From: Dehalococcoidia bacterium | Lineage (GTDB): Bacteria; Chloroflexota; Dehalococcoidia; Lucifugimonadales; VXLM01 | Length of the DNA: 64,000 bases | Direction: 5' to 3' | Assembly: GCA_963662435.1 (NCBI GenBank) | Contig: OY759598.1 | Location: forward strand, 3,814,507 to 3,878,506 | Shown: positions 39,221 through 49,326 of the stretch, in pieces | Numbering within the stretch: the stretch's first letter is position 1 | How the letters are laid out: the number at the start of each line of letters is the position of its first letter | Program-made: the position numbers and the translations under genes | Notes under the pieces: model-generated | Databases searched by the model: none | What the model was told of the DNA's origin: nothing | Seen by the model: only the letters and a program-made list of their open reading frames with translations

Positions 39221-39524
39221 AAGACCCCATTCCATCGGTGGAGCCGGCGATGTCCGCCAGCCGCAGGGACTTGTGCTTGGCTGGTCCAAAACTCGAATAT
39301 GAGAGTTCACCAGACAACGCATAGGAATGGGGATCTCAAACCCGCCCCTTTGTCGAGGTCGCTTGACCTCCCCGTATCTTGGCACCTGCGTTAACTGGAA
39401 TTCTTCGGCTGGGTCCCCAGCATCTTGAACAATTGGTACAGCGGTTTACTTTGTAAGAGATCGCGGATACTATCTCTCCGTTTGAATTGACGGTGGGAGT
39501 TGCTGTCCACGCAAGGAGATTACA

Positions 39525-40025
39525 GTGTCGTCTACAGAAGATGTCTTGAAGAACAATTCTCGGTACGTGAAGAGCTTCGGCGAGGGAGGTTCTCTTCACG
39601 GAGCACCCGCGCGAGGCCTTGCAATTGTCGCCTGTATGGACGCTCGCCTCGACGTGTACAGAGTGCTTGGTCTCGAGGAAGGGGACGCGCACGTGATCCG
39701 CAATGCAGGTGGAGTAGTCAGTGACGACGCCATCCGCTCCCTAGTCATATCCCAGCGGTTCCTGGGAACCCGCGAGGTTATGCTCATCCACCACACCGAC
39801 TGTGGAATGATGACCTTCCGTGACGATGCTGCCAAGGACGAAATCGAGGCCGAAACGGGGCTTCGTCCGGCGTTCGCTCTTGAGTCATTTCGAGACCTGG
39901 AGCAGGATGTGCGTCAGTCCATGGCACGTATTCAAGCCAGCCCTTTCGTTCCTCGGAAGGATGACATTCGTGGATTTGTATTCAGCTGCGAGACCGGGGA
40001 ACTGATGGAAGTCTCCGACGCATAA
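39525..40025 (+). CDS. Beta-class carbonic anhydrase (clade D-like)
   Basis: CMDARL, HVIRNAGG, HHTDCG. Confidence 0.92.
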   Translation: MSSTEDVLKNNSRYVKSFGEGGSLHGAPARGLAIVACMDARLDVYRVLGLEEGDAHVIRNAGGVVSDDAIRSLVISQRFLGTREVMLIHHTDCGMMTFRDDAAKDEIEAETGLRPAFALESFRDLEQDVRQSMARIQASPFVPRKDDIRGFVFSCETGELMEVSDA

Positions 40026-40031
40026 CCGTAC

Positions 40032-40069
40032 CTGCAAGCCAGACCGCTATCCATCGGTCGGGCTTGCAG
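40032..40069 (+). terminator. Hairpin after the carbonic anhydrase gene
   Basis: CTGCAAGCC.GACCG/CGGTC.GGCTTGCAG; no U-tract. Confidence 0.35.
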
Positions 40070-40277
40070 CGAACCCCTTTCCGCGTTACCTCTGTTCGGT
40101 GGGCTCAGTGTGATCGTGGGACTTTAGGGACAGCCCCGTTTACTTCCCATCGCGACATTACCGATTGGGGATGGTGACTTTGCCCAGGTAAAGCTCCCCG
40201 TTCATAGAACAACTGCAGGGTCTTCTGTGGTATTGTGTGAGTCGTCCTTAGCTTGGCGACTATTTCGGGTTCGGGAG

Positions 40278-42074
40278 ATGAGTTTGGCGACGACACCTTC
40301 TGAAAATCCCCGTTACGAGGCGCACGAGAGTCCGTCTTACCCTGCCTCGCTTGGCTATGGAGTGCAGTTCAGCCTGATTGCTTCGGCCACACTACTTGTG
40401 ACGCCGGTGATCGTTGCCAGCGCTTCGGACATCGGCGAGTCCTATGTGACGTGGATGGTCTTCGCCTCCCTTCTGGTCGTGGGCTTATCCACACTGATCC
40501 AGGTGCGCCGACTCGGTCCCGTTGGCGCGGGTGCCGTTCTCCCCATGTTCACCGCGGCCTTTGCCATCCCCTTTTGCATCACCGCGGTGGTGGATGGCGG
40601 CCCAAAGACCCTGATGACGCTCGTAATCGTCACCTCGATAATCCAGCTTGTGATCTCAAGGTGGTTGTTCCTTCTGAGGCGAGTCGTGACGCCCATAGTG
40701 GGCGGCACGATCATGATGATCCTTTCTATTACCCTGGCCTCAGTGGTCTTTGACCTTCTGGACTCCGCGTCGCAGGAAAACCCGGAAGGGGCTACTCTGA
40801 CCGCCCTGGCCACGACGATTATCGTTGCGGCACTCATGCTCCGGGGCTCTGCTACGTTGCGTCTCTGGGGGCCGTTGATCGGCATAGTCGGTGGGTGCAT
40901 CGTTGCGGCGGTTTTGGGAATCTACGAATTCGACAGAGTGATCGACGCCCAATGGATCGGGATTCCACGCGAGATTCCGGATCTGGGGCTTGACTTGGGA
41001 ATTAACTTCTGGACTCTAATCCCTTCTTTCCTGTTCCTGGGCCTTATCAACTCGATTCAGGTAAATGGGGCATCAATCACCAATCAGAGGGTGGCTTGGC
41101 GCGAGGAACGAGCCATTGACTTCAGGGAGGTACAGAGGGCTCTGGCGGGTGGGGGCGTGAGCAATCTTCTTGCCGGATTGGGCGGAACAGTCCCCAACGT
41201 AGTCAATCCGGCGGGCGCTTCGTTCATCCAAACCACCGGTGTCGCCTCACGAAGAGTGGGGTACTTCATCGGAGGCATTCTGCTGGTGATGGCGTTCCTG
41301 CCCAAGGTATCCGGTCTGATTGCCACCATTCCCGGCCCCGTGATGACGGGATATCTCATCATGGTGACGGGGACTCTACTTGTCGACGGAGCGCGGACGG
41401 TATTTCAGGGCGAGCAGGACCGGCAGAAGATTACGGTCGCGGGGGTCTGCTTCTGGATTGGCGCGTCCTTCCAGTTCGGCTTGTTCCACCTTCCTGACCT
41501 CGGCCCCGTGTGGGGAGCACTGTTCAAGAGCGGGATAACGACAGGAGGATTCGCGGCGGTACTGATGATTCTCTACCTGGAACTCACGAATCCACGCCGT
41601 ATGCGGTTCCAGTCGACGCTCCACATTGACTCCTTGCCCGAGCTCAATGAGTTCATAGCAAAGTTCGCCGATAGTAGAGGCTGGGACGCCGGAATGAAGG
41701 ACAAGCTAAGCGCCGTTGCGGAGGAGACCCTTCTGACCCTGGCCCCACTGGACCTTGATTCGTTCGATCTGGACGCTGAGGAAGACGATGGCGATGACGA
41801 GGGAGAGGAGAGGCAACTGATCGTACTTGCGTCCAGCGACGGCCCAGTGGCCGATCTGGAGTTCATTGGCGGGGGAAATCAGGACAACATCGAGGACCAG
41901 GTCCGCCAGCTCCAGGAGCTTGAAATCGAGACTCCCTCGGAGCAGGAAATCTCACTGCGACTCCTGCAGAACTACGCCTCGTCCGTGAATCATCAACAGT
42001 ACTCCGGCATGGACGTCATTACGCTGCGTATCGACCCTCCCAGGATTCGACAGGACGACTCGCTAGGGGTTTGA
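40278..42074 (+). CDS. Second NCS2-fold permease with C-terminal RsbW-like domain
   Basis: Clear paralog of 37478-39220 (RYEAHESP, VTPIVGG, FLPKV, ELTNPRR, EETLLTL, EISLRLLQNYASSVNHQ). Confidence 0.85.
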   Translation: MSLATTPSENPRYEAHESPSYPASLGYGVQFSLIASATLLVTPVIVASASDIGESYVTWMVFASLLVVGLSTLIQVRRLGPVGAGAVLPMFTAAFAIPFCITAVVDGGPKTLMTLVIVTSIIQLVISRWLFLLRRVVTPIVGGTIMMILSITLASVVFDLLDSASQENPEGATLTALATTIIVAALMLRGSATLRLWGPLIGIVGGCIVAAVLGIYEFDRVIDAQWIGIPREIPDLGLDLGINFWTLIPSFLFLGLINSIQVNGASITNQRVAWREERAIDFREVQRALAGGGVSNLLAGLGGTVPNVVNPAGASFIQTTGVASRRVGYFIGGILLVMAFLPKVSGLIATIPGPVMTGYLIMVTGTLLVDGARTVFQGEQDRQKITVAGVCFWIGASFQFGLFHLPDLGPVWGALFKSGITTGGFAAVLMILYLELTNPRRMRFQSTLHIDSLPELNEFIAKFADSRGWDAGMKDKLSAVAEETLLTLAPLDLDSFDLDAEEDDGDDEGEERQLIVLASSDGPVADLEFIGGGNQDNIEDQVRQLQELEIETPSEQEISLRLLQNYASSVNHQQYSGMDVITLRIDPPRIRQDDSLGV

Positions 42075-42381
42075 CGGTTTCAGGGCACCGGCGAATGACA
42101 CAAGATCGTGCCCATGAAGTGTGTGATGAGCTAACCGAAGCCTCGGCGTGGTGAGCCTGTCGTACCTTTAACGACGCTTTGACTCTTCGATAAGCTTTCA
42201 AATAACCACTTCATATCAGCGACGGTGCGCGGCATCTTCAGCCTTCGACAGGCTCAGGCCGAACGCACTTTCTCTTACCTGCGTCCCCCGTTCCTGACAC
42301 CCCGGCATGGCCCCAAACACGGGGCGTAACGATGCTCAGGGTGAACGCAGCTTTTTGTGATGCCCGCCCAGACGACCAGAT

Positions 42382-43602
42382 CTAATGCATCGCCGCGGCG
42401 ATGGCGGCGGCGCGTTCGTTGATGAGACGGCCTTCGTGAAATCGGTTGAGATCGAACGCCCGTATGAGTTCAGGCGTCCGGCCCGAGGTGATGAGTTCCG
42501 CCGTCATCTTGCCGGAGATGGGCGCCGCCTTGAATCCCCATGTCCCCCAGCCGCAATTGAGAATGAACCCATCGACGCCGTCCACCGGGCCAATGATCGG
42601 GGCGAAGTCCGGCGTCATGTCGCATATGCCCGTCCACTGGCGCAGCACCTTCACGTCGCGAATCTTGGGGAGGAGCCGGATGGCGTTGGCGGACAGTTCT
42701 TCCAGCATCTGCAGCGTCGACTTATGCGAGTAGGTCGGGTAGTGGTCGACGCCGCCCCCAATGACCAGTTCGCCTCGCTCGGTCTGATAGACGTACGTGT
42801 GAAGCTCCCCGGAGGAGATGGTGGTGTGCATGAATGGCTTGAGCGGTTCGGTGACGAATGCCTGCAATGGATACGTGAGGATCGGCAAGTCGATGTCCAC
42901 CATGTGGGCGATGGTCGACGTCCATCCCGCGGTGGCGCTGACAACGAGACCGGCGCCGATGCGTCCCTTAGCGGTCTCGACTCCGGTGACCCTTCCATTC
43001 TCACGCGTGATCCCCGTAACCTCAGTGAACGGGTGAAGCTCTACCCCGAGCCGGTCCGCTCCTCGCGCGTATCCCCACACCACGCCGTCGTGCCTCGCCA
43101 CTCCCGCGGGCGGATGGTGCAGCGCGCCGACAATGGGGAAGGGCTTGCCAGCCCGGAGGTCGATCTGTGGGACGAGCCGCTTGACATCTGGCGGCTCGAC
43201 TAGGCGACTGTCTACTCCCAACAGCCGGTTATACTCGACCCGCTGCCGCAGCCAAAATAGGGTTGACTCAGTGTGCGCGATGTCCAGCCTTCCGATCTGG
43301 CTGAACAGGACGTTGAGGTTGAGCTCCATCGCAAGCTGCTCATAGAGCTTCAGGCTGGCGTTCATGAACGCGATGCCCTCGGGGGTAAGGTAGTTAGAAC
43401 GGATGATGGCCGTGTTGCGCCCACTTGCCCCAGCCCCGAGATAGCTCTTGTCGAGGACGGCAACATTCTTCACGCCCAGCTTGGCCAGGTGATAAGCGGT
43501 CGAGAGGCCATGCACGCCACCGCCGATCACAACCACGTCGTAGTGCGACCGGAGTTGGGCCTGCCGCCAGAATTCCTCTTTCCTGAGAACTTGGAGCACC
43601 AT
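42382..43602 (-). CDS. soxB: Sarcosine oxidase-family beta subunit
   Basis: GGGVHG, GRNTAIIRSNY, RHD, GWGTWGFKA. Confidence 0.88.
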   Translation of the reverse strand: MVLQVLRKEEFWRQAQLRSHYDVVVIGGGVHGLSTAYHLAKLGVKNVAVLDKSYLGAGASGRNTAIIRSNYLTPEGIAFMNASLKLYEQLAMELNLNVLFSQIGRLDIAHTESTLFWLRQRVEYNRLLGVDSRLVEPPDVKRLVPQIDLRAGKPFPIVGALHHPPAGVARHDGVVWGYARGADRLGVELHPFTEVTGITRENGRVTGVETAKGRIGAGLVVSATAGWTSTIAHMVDIDLPILTYPLQAFVTEPLKPFMHTTISSGELHTYVYQTERGELVIGGGVDHYPTYSHKSTLQMLEELSANAIRLLPKIRDVKVLRQWTGICDMTPDFAPIIGPVDGVDGFILNCGWGTWGFKAAPISGKMTAELITSGRTPELIRAFDLNRFHEGRLINERAAAIAAAMH

Positions 43603-44297
43603 TAGATTTCACCACAGAGAAGCGACATCGCTTCCAAACCGAAAGGGACTAAGCCGTGGAGCTCACCCGCATCGACGAGCGACTCCCACATGTGGTCCCC
43701 ATAATCGCGACTGAAGTACAGGTCGTATGACAGGAGATTGCCGATGTCACGGCGGATGACCGTGCCATGAATCTCTGCCACCATGCCCTGAGCGCAAGAG
43801 AGATTGGAGAAACAGGCCGGTGAGAGATCGAGTTCGGACACGCCCGCGAGAACTGCGGGGGCGCTCGGCCCGACTATGTGAACGCATGCGAGGACGGAAG
43901 TCACGTTAACCGGATGAACGCAGCCGTCCTGGCTCAGGCTCTTGAGTGTAGCCTTGATCTGTTCAGACTCGGTGATGATGAGGTAGTCGTCGTCGGCCAG
44001 TCGAGCGACGACATGCCCTGCTTTAGTCACAGCAGCTGAGCCGATGGACGTGGCCTGGTAGTCGGGGATGGCCTCAGGAATGGCCTGCTGAACGGACTCC
44101 CCTTGAAGGCGGATCTTGCCCACTGGACTGAAATCGCTGATTCCGACCGCCTTCTTTACACTTGCGGCCTCGTCGTCGGGGTCCGTAAAACGCACGGGGA
44201 GAGTCCAGCCCTCGCGCTCGACCATCTCCGCTCCGAGTTCGAGGTGTCGGTAGTGCATGGCGCTTATGGCGGTCGGTTGTTGCATGTGCGTTGTCAC
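43602..44297 (-). CDS. Sarcosine oxidase gamma-like (GcvT-type) subunit
   Basis: GcvT-like fold (DFSPVGKI, RDYGDHMWESLVDAG); operon context. Confidence 0.7.
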   Translation of the reverse strand: MTTHMQQPTAISAMHYRHLELGAEMVEREGWTLPVRFTDPDDEAASVKKAVGISDFSPVGKIRLQGESVQQAIPEAIPDYQATSIGSAAVTKAGHVVARLADDDYLIITESEQIKATLKSLSQDGCVHPVNVTSVLACVHIVGPSAPAVLAGVSELDLSPACFSNLSCAQGMVAEIHGTVIRRDIGNLLSYDLYFSRDYGDHMWESLVDAGELHGLVPFGLEAMSLLCGEI

Positions 44298-47230
44298 TCC
44301 CGCAGCCTCTTGCCTTCGGGGTCATAGAAGGGCTGCAGCGTCACCGTTGCGTCGTGGGGACCACCCTCCGTCCAGATGCGGATGTGCTCCCCCTCGTCGG
44401 CTAGTGAGTGCGGCACTCTCGCGTAACCGATCCCCTTGCCCATCGTGGGACTGAGCCGAGAGCTGGTTATCCGGCCGATGGGGGTGTTCGCACCGTCCAC
44501 GACGGAGTCGCCGTCGTGAGGCACAACGCCGTCGCTCATGACAAACCCCACGAGCTTGTCGCGTTCGACCTGGTCCTTGGCGATGCGAAGTCCACCCGCA
44601 CCAACGAAGTCGCCCTTGTCGAACTTCACCACCCAGTCTGCCCCAACGTCGAAGGGGGTTGTGAGGAGATCGGTGTCCTGGCTGGGGATGATGTGCATCT
44701 TTTCCAGGCGGAGGATGCGCTGCGCCTCCACTCCGAACGGCCGTATGTCGAACTCCGCTCCCGCGGTCATCAGCGAGTCCCACATGTGCTCGCCGTATTC
44801 AGCAGGGCAGTGTACCTCCCAGCCCGATTCTCCCACGAAACCGATCTTCAGCAGGATGGACGGCACTCCGGCCACATCCCCCTGCTTGACCCGCATGTAC
44901 CGGAACTTGGATGGCGACAGATCGATATCAGTCAGCTTTGAGAGCGTCGCGCGGGCATTCGGACCGGCGATGTTGATGACCGAGTAGCCGGACGTGACAT
45001 TGGTGACGTGCGCGCACATCTCACGGTCGGCCATCCACCACTGGAACCACTGCTCAACGGACTCGACGTTAGCCGTGGAAGTCGTAACGTAGTAGTGGTC
45101 CTCTGCCAGTCGAGCGACGGTGCCGTCGTCCATTATCGTCCCGTTGTCCCCTGTGAGGAGTCCATACCTGACTCGCCCGGGACGCAGGTCCGAGAACCGG
45201 TGCGTGTACACGAAATCGAGAAGCTCCGGAGCGTCTTTCCCCTGTACGTCGAGCTTGCCAAGCGTTCCCACGTCGATGATGCCGACGCTCTGCCGGACTG
45301 CCATCGCCTCGGCCTGGGGGTCGCCATAGCTATGGGGACGCTGCCAGCCTCCCGTCTCGGCTATCCCGGCCTTCGCCTGGACGTGACGATGGTGAATCGG
45401 CGTTCGCTTGAAAGGCATGTGCATGGCCCCGGCCAGCTCGCCGAGGGTGAGTGGTTGGACGGGCGGGCGTGATGTAGTTGACCCAACTTCCGTGAGCGAG
45501 GTGTCCGTCTCGTGGGCGAGTATCTCCGTGAAGCGCTTGTGGCACATCTTCCCCTGGCACGGCCCCATCGTGACCGTGCTGTAGCGCTTGAGGATCTGTA
45601 CGTCTCGGAACCCCTCGTCCACGCCCTGCACAACGTCTTTCGCGAGCACGTCTTCGCAGTAGCAGACGAATTGACGCGGGCCCGCGGCGAGGTGCACGGG
45701 CGCCGGTGTGATGAGCGAGCGACGGCGGTATCCCGATATCGCCTCCCTGAGCGAATGTCTGAGGGCCGTCAGATCGGTATTGCTCTGAGAGTGGCCGGCG
45801 GCCTCTGAAGCCTCGAGGCCTGCCAGTCTTCCCTGCATGGCGGATATGTTCGAGTCGTGGAAGGCGGAGACGTCACCGGCAGCGTGTACCGACTCCGGAA
45901 GCTGATCGGGAATGTCGGCGTCGAGATCGAAGTCGCGTACGAACGTTGCTCCCGCTTGGTGAAGCAGGGCGGACGAGGGCTGGAAGCCCCCGCTCATGGC
46001 GATGGTGTCGCAGTCGAACTGCCGCTCGTTGCCCGTTACGCCGAGTGGACCCATTTCAGCGACGATCCCGCCGATGACAGTCCTCGTGCCCTCCGCTCTG
46101 ACCATGGTGTGATTTGGGATGATCAGCACGCCCCTGGAACGGAGCGTGTTCGCGGCGTCGAGGTCATGGCGGTAATCCGGGCGCGTATCTGCGATTGCGA
46201 CGATTCGCATCCCGGCGTCGAGCATGTCGAGCGCCGAGTAGTACGCCTCATCATTGGTCGTCACCACGAGGGCAGAGTTTCCCGGCCTGACGCGGTAGAG
46301 ATTCACGAGACGGCGGACGGCGCTGCTGAGCATCACACCGGAGAGATCGTTGCGCTCGAATGTCAGCGGAAGCTCCTGCGCGCCGGTCGCGACAATCACC
46401 TGACGGGCGCGGAGGTGAACGACTCCCGCCGGCGCGCGGACGCCGAGCAGGTTCCCCTCGTAGAGACCGAAGACGGAGGAGTCGGAGAAAACGTCAATAT
46501 TCTCGTGCGCGGAAACGCTACGGGCAAGCGAACCGGCGGCTTCCGGCCCCGTCACTTCTCCACCTTCGGCAATCGTCACGGACTGGTATTGAGATCCAAA
46601 GCGGAGCTTACCTCCAAGCGATGGCTGGTCGTCGACAATGGTCACACGCGCCCCGGCCCGCGCGGCTTGGAGGGCTGCGGACATTCCGGCAATGCCGCCA
46701 CCGATGACGGCAACGTCGGCGTGGGCGAATGAGTGGTGTCCGGAGGGTTGCTCATCGGTATCGAGGTTGACGCTTCCAAGTCCGGCGAATCGCCGAATAA
46801 TGGATGCCGAGAATTTCCAGAGCATCCTTGGCCGGTAGAGCCCCTTATAGTAGAACCCGACCGGCAGCGCCCAGCGGAAGCGATCGAATATGGAGAGCAG
46901 GTCCCGGTCGAGGCCGGGCCACGCGTTCTGGCCCTTGACCTGCATCCCCGGACGAACTCGCTCGACACATGTTCGTACGTTGGGCACGCCGTCGACCGTC
47001 ATCAGGCAGTTCGGACAGTTGCCGGAAGCGCAGAGCATGCCTCGAACGCGGTGGTACTTGAAGCTGCGGGAGAAGATGCGGACTCCGTCCGCATAGAGGG
47101 CCGAGCCGATGGTGTCGCCTTCGTACGCCTGTACCAATCTGCCGTTGAACTCGAACTCGATGGCCTTGGAGCGGTCGATCAGCTCCAAGGGGACCGGTTC
47201 GAGACGCGAAGGATTTCTGCCGGTAGTCAT
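44294..47230 (-). CDS. soxA: Sarcosine oxidase-family alpha subunit
   Basis: GDTIGSAL, SRSFKYHR, GGGIAG, KRYSTVTMGPCQGK, GcvT domain (DVGTLGK, DDGT, LRLEK). Confidence 0.9.
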   Translation of the reverse strand: MTTGRNPSRLEPVPLELIDRSKAIEFEFNGRLVQAYEGDTIGSALYADGVRIFSRSFKYHRVRGMLCASGNCPNCLMTVDGVPNVRTCVERVRPGMQVKGQNAWPGLDRDLLSIFDRFRWALPVGFYYKGLYRPRMLWKFSASIIRRFAGLGSVNLDTDEQPSGHHSFAHADVAVIGGGIAGMSAALQAARAGARVTIVDDQPSLGGKLRFGSQYQSVTIAEGGEVTGPEAAGSLARSVSAHENIDVFSDSSVFGLYEGNLLGVRAPAGVVHLRARQVIVATGAQELPLTFERNDLSGVMLSSAVRRLVNLYRVRPGNSALVVTTNDEAYYSALDMLDAGMRIVAIADTRPDYRHDLDAANTLRSRGVLIIPNHTMVRAEGTRTVIGGIVAEMGPLGVTGNERQFDCDTIAMSGGFQPSSALLHQAGATFVRDFDLDADIPDQLPESVHAAGDVSAFHDSNISAMQGRLAGLEASEAAGHSQSNTDLTALRHSLREAISGYRRRSLITPAPVHLAAGPRQFVCYCEDVLAKDVVQGVDEGFRDVQILKRYSTVTMGPCQGKMCHKRFTEILAHETDTSLTEVGSTTSRPPVQPLTLGELAGAMHMPFKRTPIHHRHVQAKAGIAETGGWQRPHSYGDPQAEAMAVRQSVGIIDVGTLGKLDVQGKDAPELLDFVYTHRFSDLRPGRVRYGLLTGDNGTIMDDGTVARLAEDHYYVTTSTANVESVEQWFQWWMADREMCAHVTNVTSGYSVINIAGPNARATLSKLTDIDLSPSKFRYMRVKQGDVAGVPSILLKIGFVGESGWEVHCPAEYGEHMWDSLMTAGAEFDIRPFGVEAQRILRLEKMHIIPSQDTDLLTTPFDVGADWVVKFDKGDFVGAGGLRIAKDQVERDKLVGFVMSDGVVPHDGDSVVDGANTPIGRITSSRLSPTMGKGIGYARVPHSLADEGEHIRIWTEGGPHDATVTLQPFYDPEGKRLRE

Positions 47231-47505
47231 TGCTGCTTCGGGCGCTTCTCAGGCCATTCGGTGCGAAGTATGTCGTTGGTTACAGTGTTTCGGTGTGCCA
47301 CGAACCACTTTCGGCAGCCGAACGAGTGGTACCACCACTCGACGCTCTCGCCTGCCGGGTTCTTCGTGAAATAGAAGTACCGGGTGAGGTCTCCGTCGGA
47401 GTCGTCCATCGACTTGCGCTGCGACAGCGACGAGATCTCACCGCCGTGCCGGAACTCATGCACATCGCGCTCACCGCAGTTTGGACATGGCATTAGGAAT
47501 GACAT
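47227..47505 (-). CDS. soxD: Sarcosine oxidase-family delta subunit
   Basis: CPNCGERDVHEF, NPAG, EWWYHSFGCRKW, RNTVT. Confidence 0.92.
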   Translation of the reverse strand: MSFLMPCPNCGERDVHEFRHGGEISSLSQRKSMDDSDGDLTRYFYFTKNPAGESVEWWYHSFGCRKWFVAHRNTVTNDILRTEWPEKRPKQQ

Positions 47506-47578
47506 GGATTGAATATGCCGGTTGGGAGAATTTGGGGACTATGTCAAATGAGCGCAGCTAGTCCATAGCCAAGGGGAA

Positions 47579-47785
47579 TCATAGCTGTTCCCATGTGCTT
47601 CTGTCGATCTGTGCTTGCGCCAGAATGCGAACTAGGAGATTGCGGATCACATCTCCTCGGTGCGGGTTGTTAACTTGACCTCTTACCATGAATTCGTGCC
47701 TAGTTCCCGAGAACGGCCCTTCGAATCCAAGTTGGAGAAAGTACCCAATGAGGTCTCGTCTGCTTACAGGTCCGAATCTCGGCCC
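47579..47785 (-). pseudogene. hicA: HicA-family toxin remnant (no start codon)
   Basis: Manual translation (G)PRFGPVSRRDLIGYFLQLGFEGPFSGTRHEFMVRGQVNNPHRGDVIRNLLVRILAQAQIDRSTWEQL; first codon is GGG. Confidence 0.75.
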
Positions 47786-48030
47786 TATCCCACGCTCTGC
47801 GCGGGAGTCAATGATATGCCGTTAATGGATGGAATGTCATGTCCCTGACGGATACCGAGCAACAGCCAATCTTCAAGTACCTCTTGCAACTCGGTGCGGC
47901 ATTGGTCCAAGCTCTCCGCGTTCGCCCAAACGCCCTGAAGTCCCAGAATCTCCCCATAGTACAGCCCGTCCTCCGGCAGGAGTTCGTATACGGCTACTCG
48001 CATAGCTGCGGATATGTACTCGGTAAGCAT
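47785..48030 (-). CDS. hicB: HicB-family antitoxin
   Basis: MLTEYI, YYGEI, GVWA, ELQEVLEDW, IP. Confidence 0.85.
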   Translation of the reverse strand: MLTEYISAAMRVAVYELLPEDGLYYGEILGLQGVWANAESLDQCRTELQEVLEDWLLLGIRQGHDIPSINGISLTPAQSVG

Positions 48031-48166
48031 TGCAGCGCCTCAGCCTGTAGAGGGATTATTTCAGAGTGCTCTCTAACAAACTTCCCGTCGTGCAGGATAT
48101 AACGCATCTGCCTTTAAGGCGTCGAGCGAAACGCGCCCTGGAGCCTACCTGCAGCCCCGCCCGGAG

Positions 48167-48673
48167 TCACTGGAGCGATTTGATGTATGAGATCAGGGCG
48201 TTTATCTCATCGTCCGATAGAAAATCATACGGCGTCATGGCGTTGTCAAAGCCCGCTACGATATTCAACGACGGATTGCGAATGGACTCGGCGATGTACT
48301 CTTCGTCGACTACAAAGGAACTACCGTCTGTCATCGACTCGGTGCTTCCGAAAAGGCCCTTCCATGTGGGACCTACAAGCTTCGTGCCGTCGATGGAGTG
48401 GCATGCCCCGCAAGCATTACGCTCTGCAACAACCTTGCCCCCCTCAGTACAGTCGGGGTGCGGTTGCTCACAATCGACTTCTATGACGACTCCAGTGTCA
48501 GGAGGGGGAGCGCCAATTGCCTCGGCCACGCTTTCCTGCAGTTCGGCGCTTGCGGCCATCGGGATGGCGGGAGAGTTGCCTATGGGTCTTAATTCTGACG
48601 TTTCGGATGACGTACAGGCCGCGACCATCATCACGACGGCGACGATGGGCAGCACGAGTCGAGGTATGTGCAT
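48167..48673 (-). CDS. Lipoprotein c-type cytochrome
   Basis: Lipobox VAAC, CGACHSIDG, VGPTWKGL, YIAESI, AMTP; start could be 48718. Confidence 0.88.
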   Translation of the reverse strand: MHIPRLVLPIVAVVMMVAACTSSETSELRPIGNSPAIPMAASAELQESVAEAIGAPPPDTGVVIEVDCEQPHPDCTEGGKVVAERNACGACHSIDGTKLVGPTWKGLFGSTESMTDGSSFVVDEEYIAESIRNPSLNIVAGFDNAMTPYDFLSDDEINALISYIKSLQ

Positions 48674-48905
48674 TGTTGGAGGAATTACCGGAGGCGTGTC
48701 TTCATTAGTTTCGAACATATCGTAGCAGTTCTGTCAAGGGAGGGTCAACGAGAAACGGTTGGATGCAGTGCAAAATTGACAATCGCATTCTGTTGCACAT
48801 TGCTTCCGCTTATGGAGGCTGTATCAACTTCGTCCCTGTGCTGCTCCCGGACACCAAAACAGCCATCCCCGTCACTCCTCTGAACATAGCCCCCGTCCAG
48901 CCTCC

Positions 48906-48975
48906 GTAGGGTCGCTTCGCGAATCGCCCCCACCACCGACCCCACGCCGTCATTCCGGCGAAAGCAGGAATCCAG
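48906..48975. repeat. REP-like palindromes (GTAG-type and GTCATTCC.GCGAAAGC.GGAATCC-type)
   Basis: GTAGGGTCGCTTCGCGAATCGCCCC at 48906-48930 and GTCATTCCGGCGAAAGCAGGAATCCAG at 48949-48975; relatives of the latter at 30805-30830 and 30972-30986. Confidence 0.65.
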
Positions 48976-49326
48976 GAGGGGTCGAGTGGGGCAGCACCTC
49001 TAGTCGGAACCACCGACTAACTTGATACAGCTTCATATGCATGTGCCCAGATTTGACGAACAAGAACGCATGACCTATTCTTGACATACGACAACTACGA
49101 CGCAGGCGCTGAGAGAAGACCGAGGTCATCATCCCGGAAAACGGTCTTCCTCCCTTCGCCGAGGCCGAAAAAGTCACGAAATGTCCTGAAATGTCCCACG
49201 ATTTGATACTTTAGAATCGGAGCATAAGCCTGGGCGACCAAACCGAATTGAACCGTGCGCCAGAATAGGAAGCACCGGAAAGTCGGACGTGAGAACGTTC
49301 GCAGCCGCCTACCAGGAGGTGTCGTG

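Noticed and set aside
47711..47730. GAACGGCCCTTCGAA resembling the dispersed repeat
   Set aside because: It lies within the hicA remnant frame (FEGPFS); coincidental.
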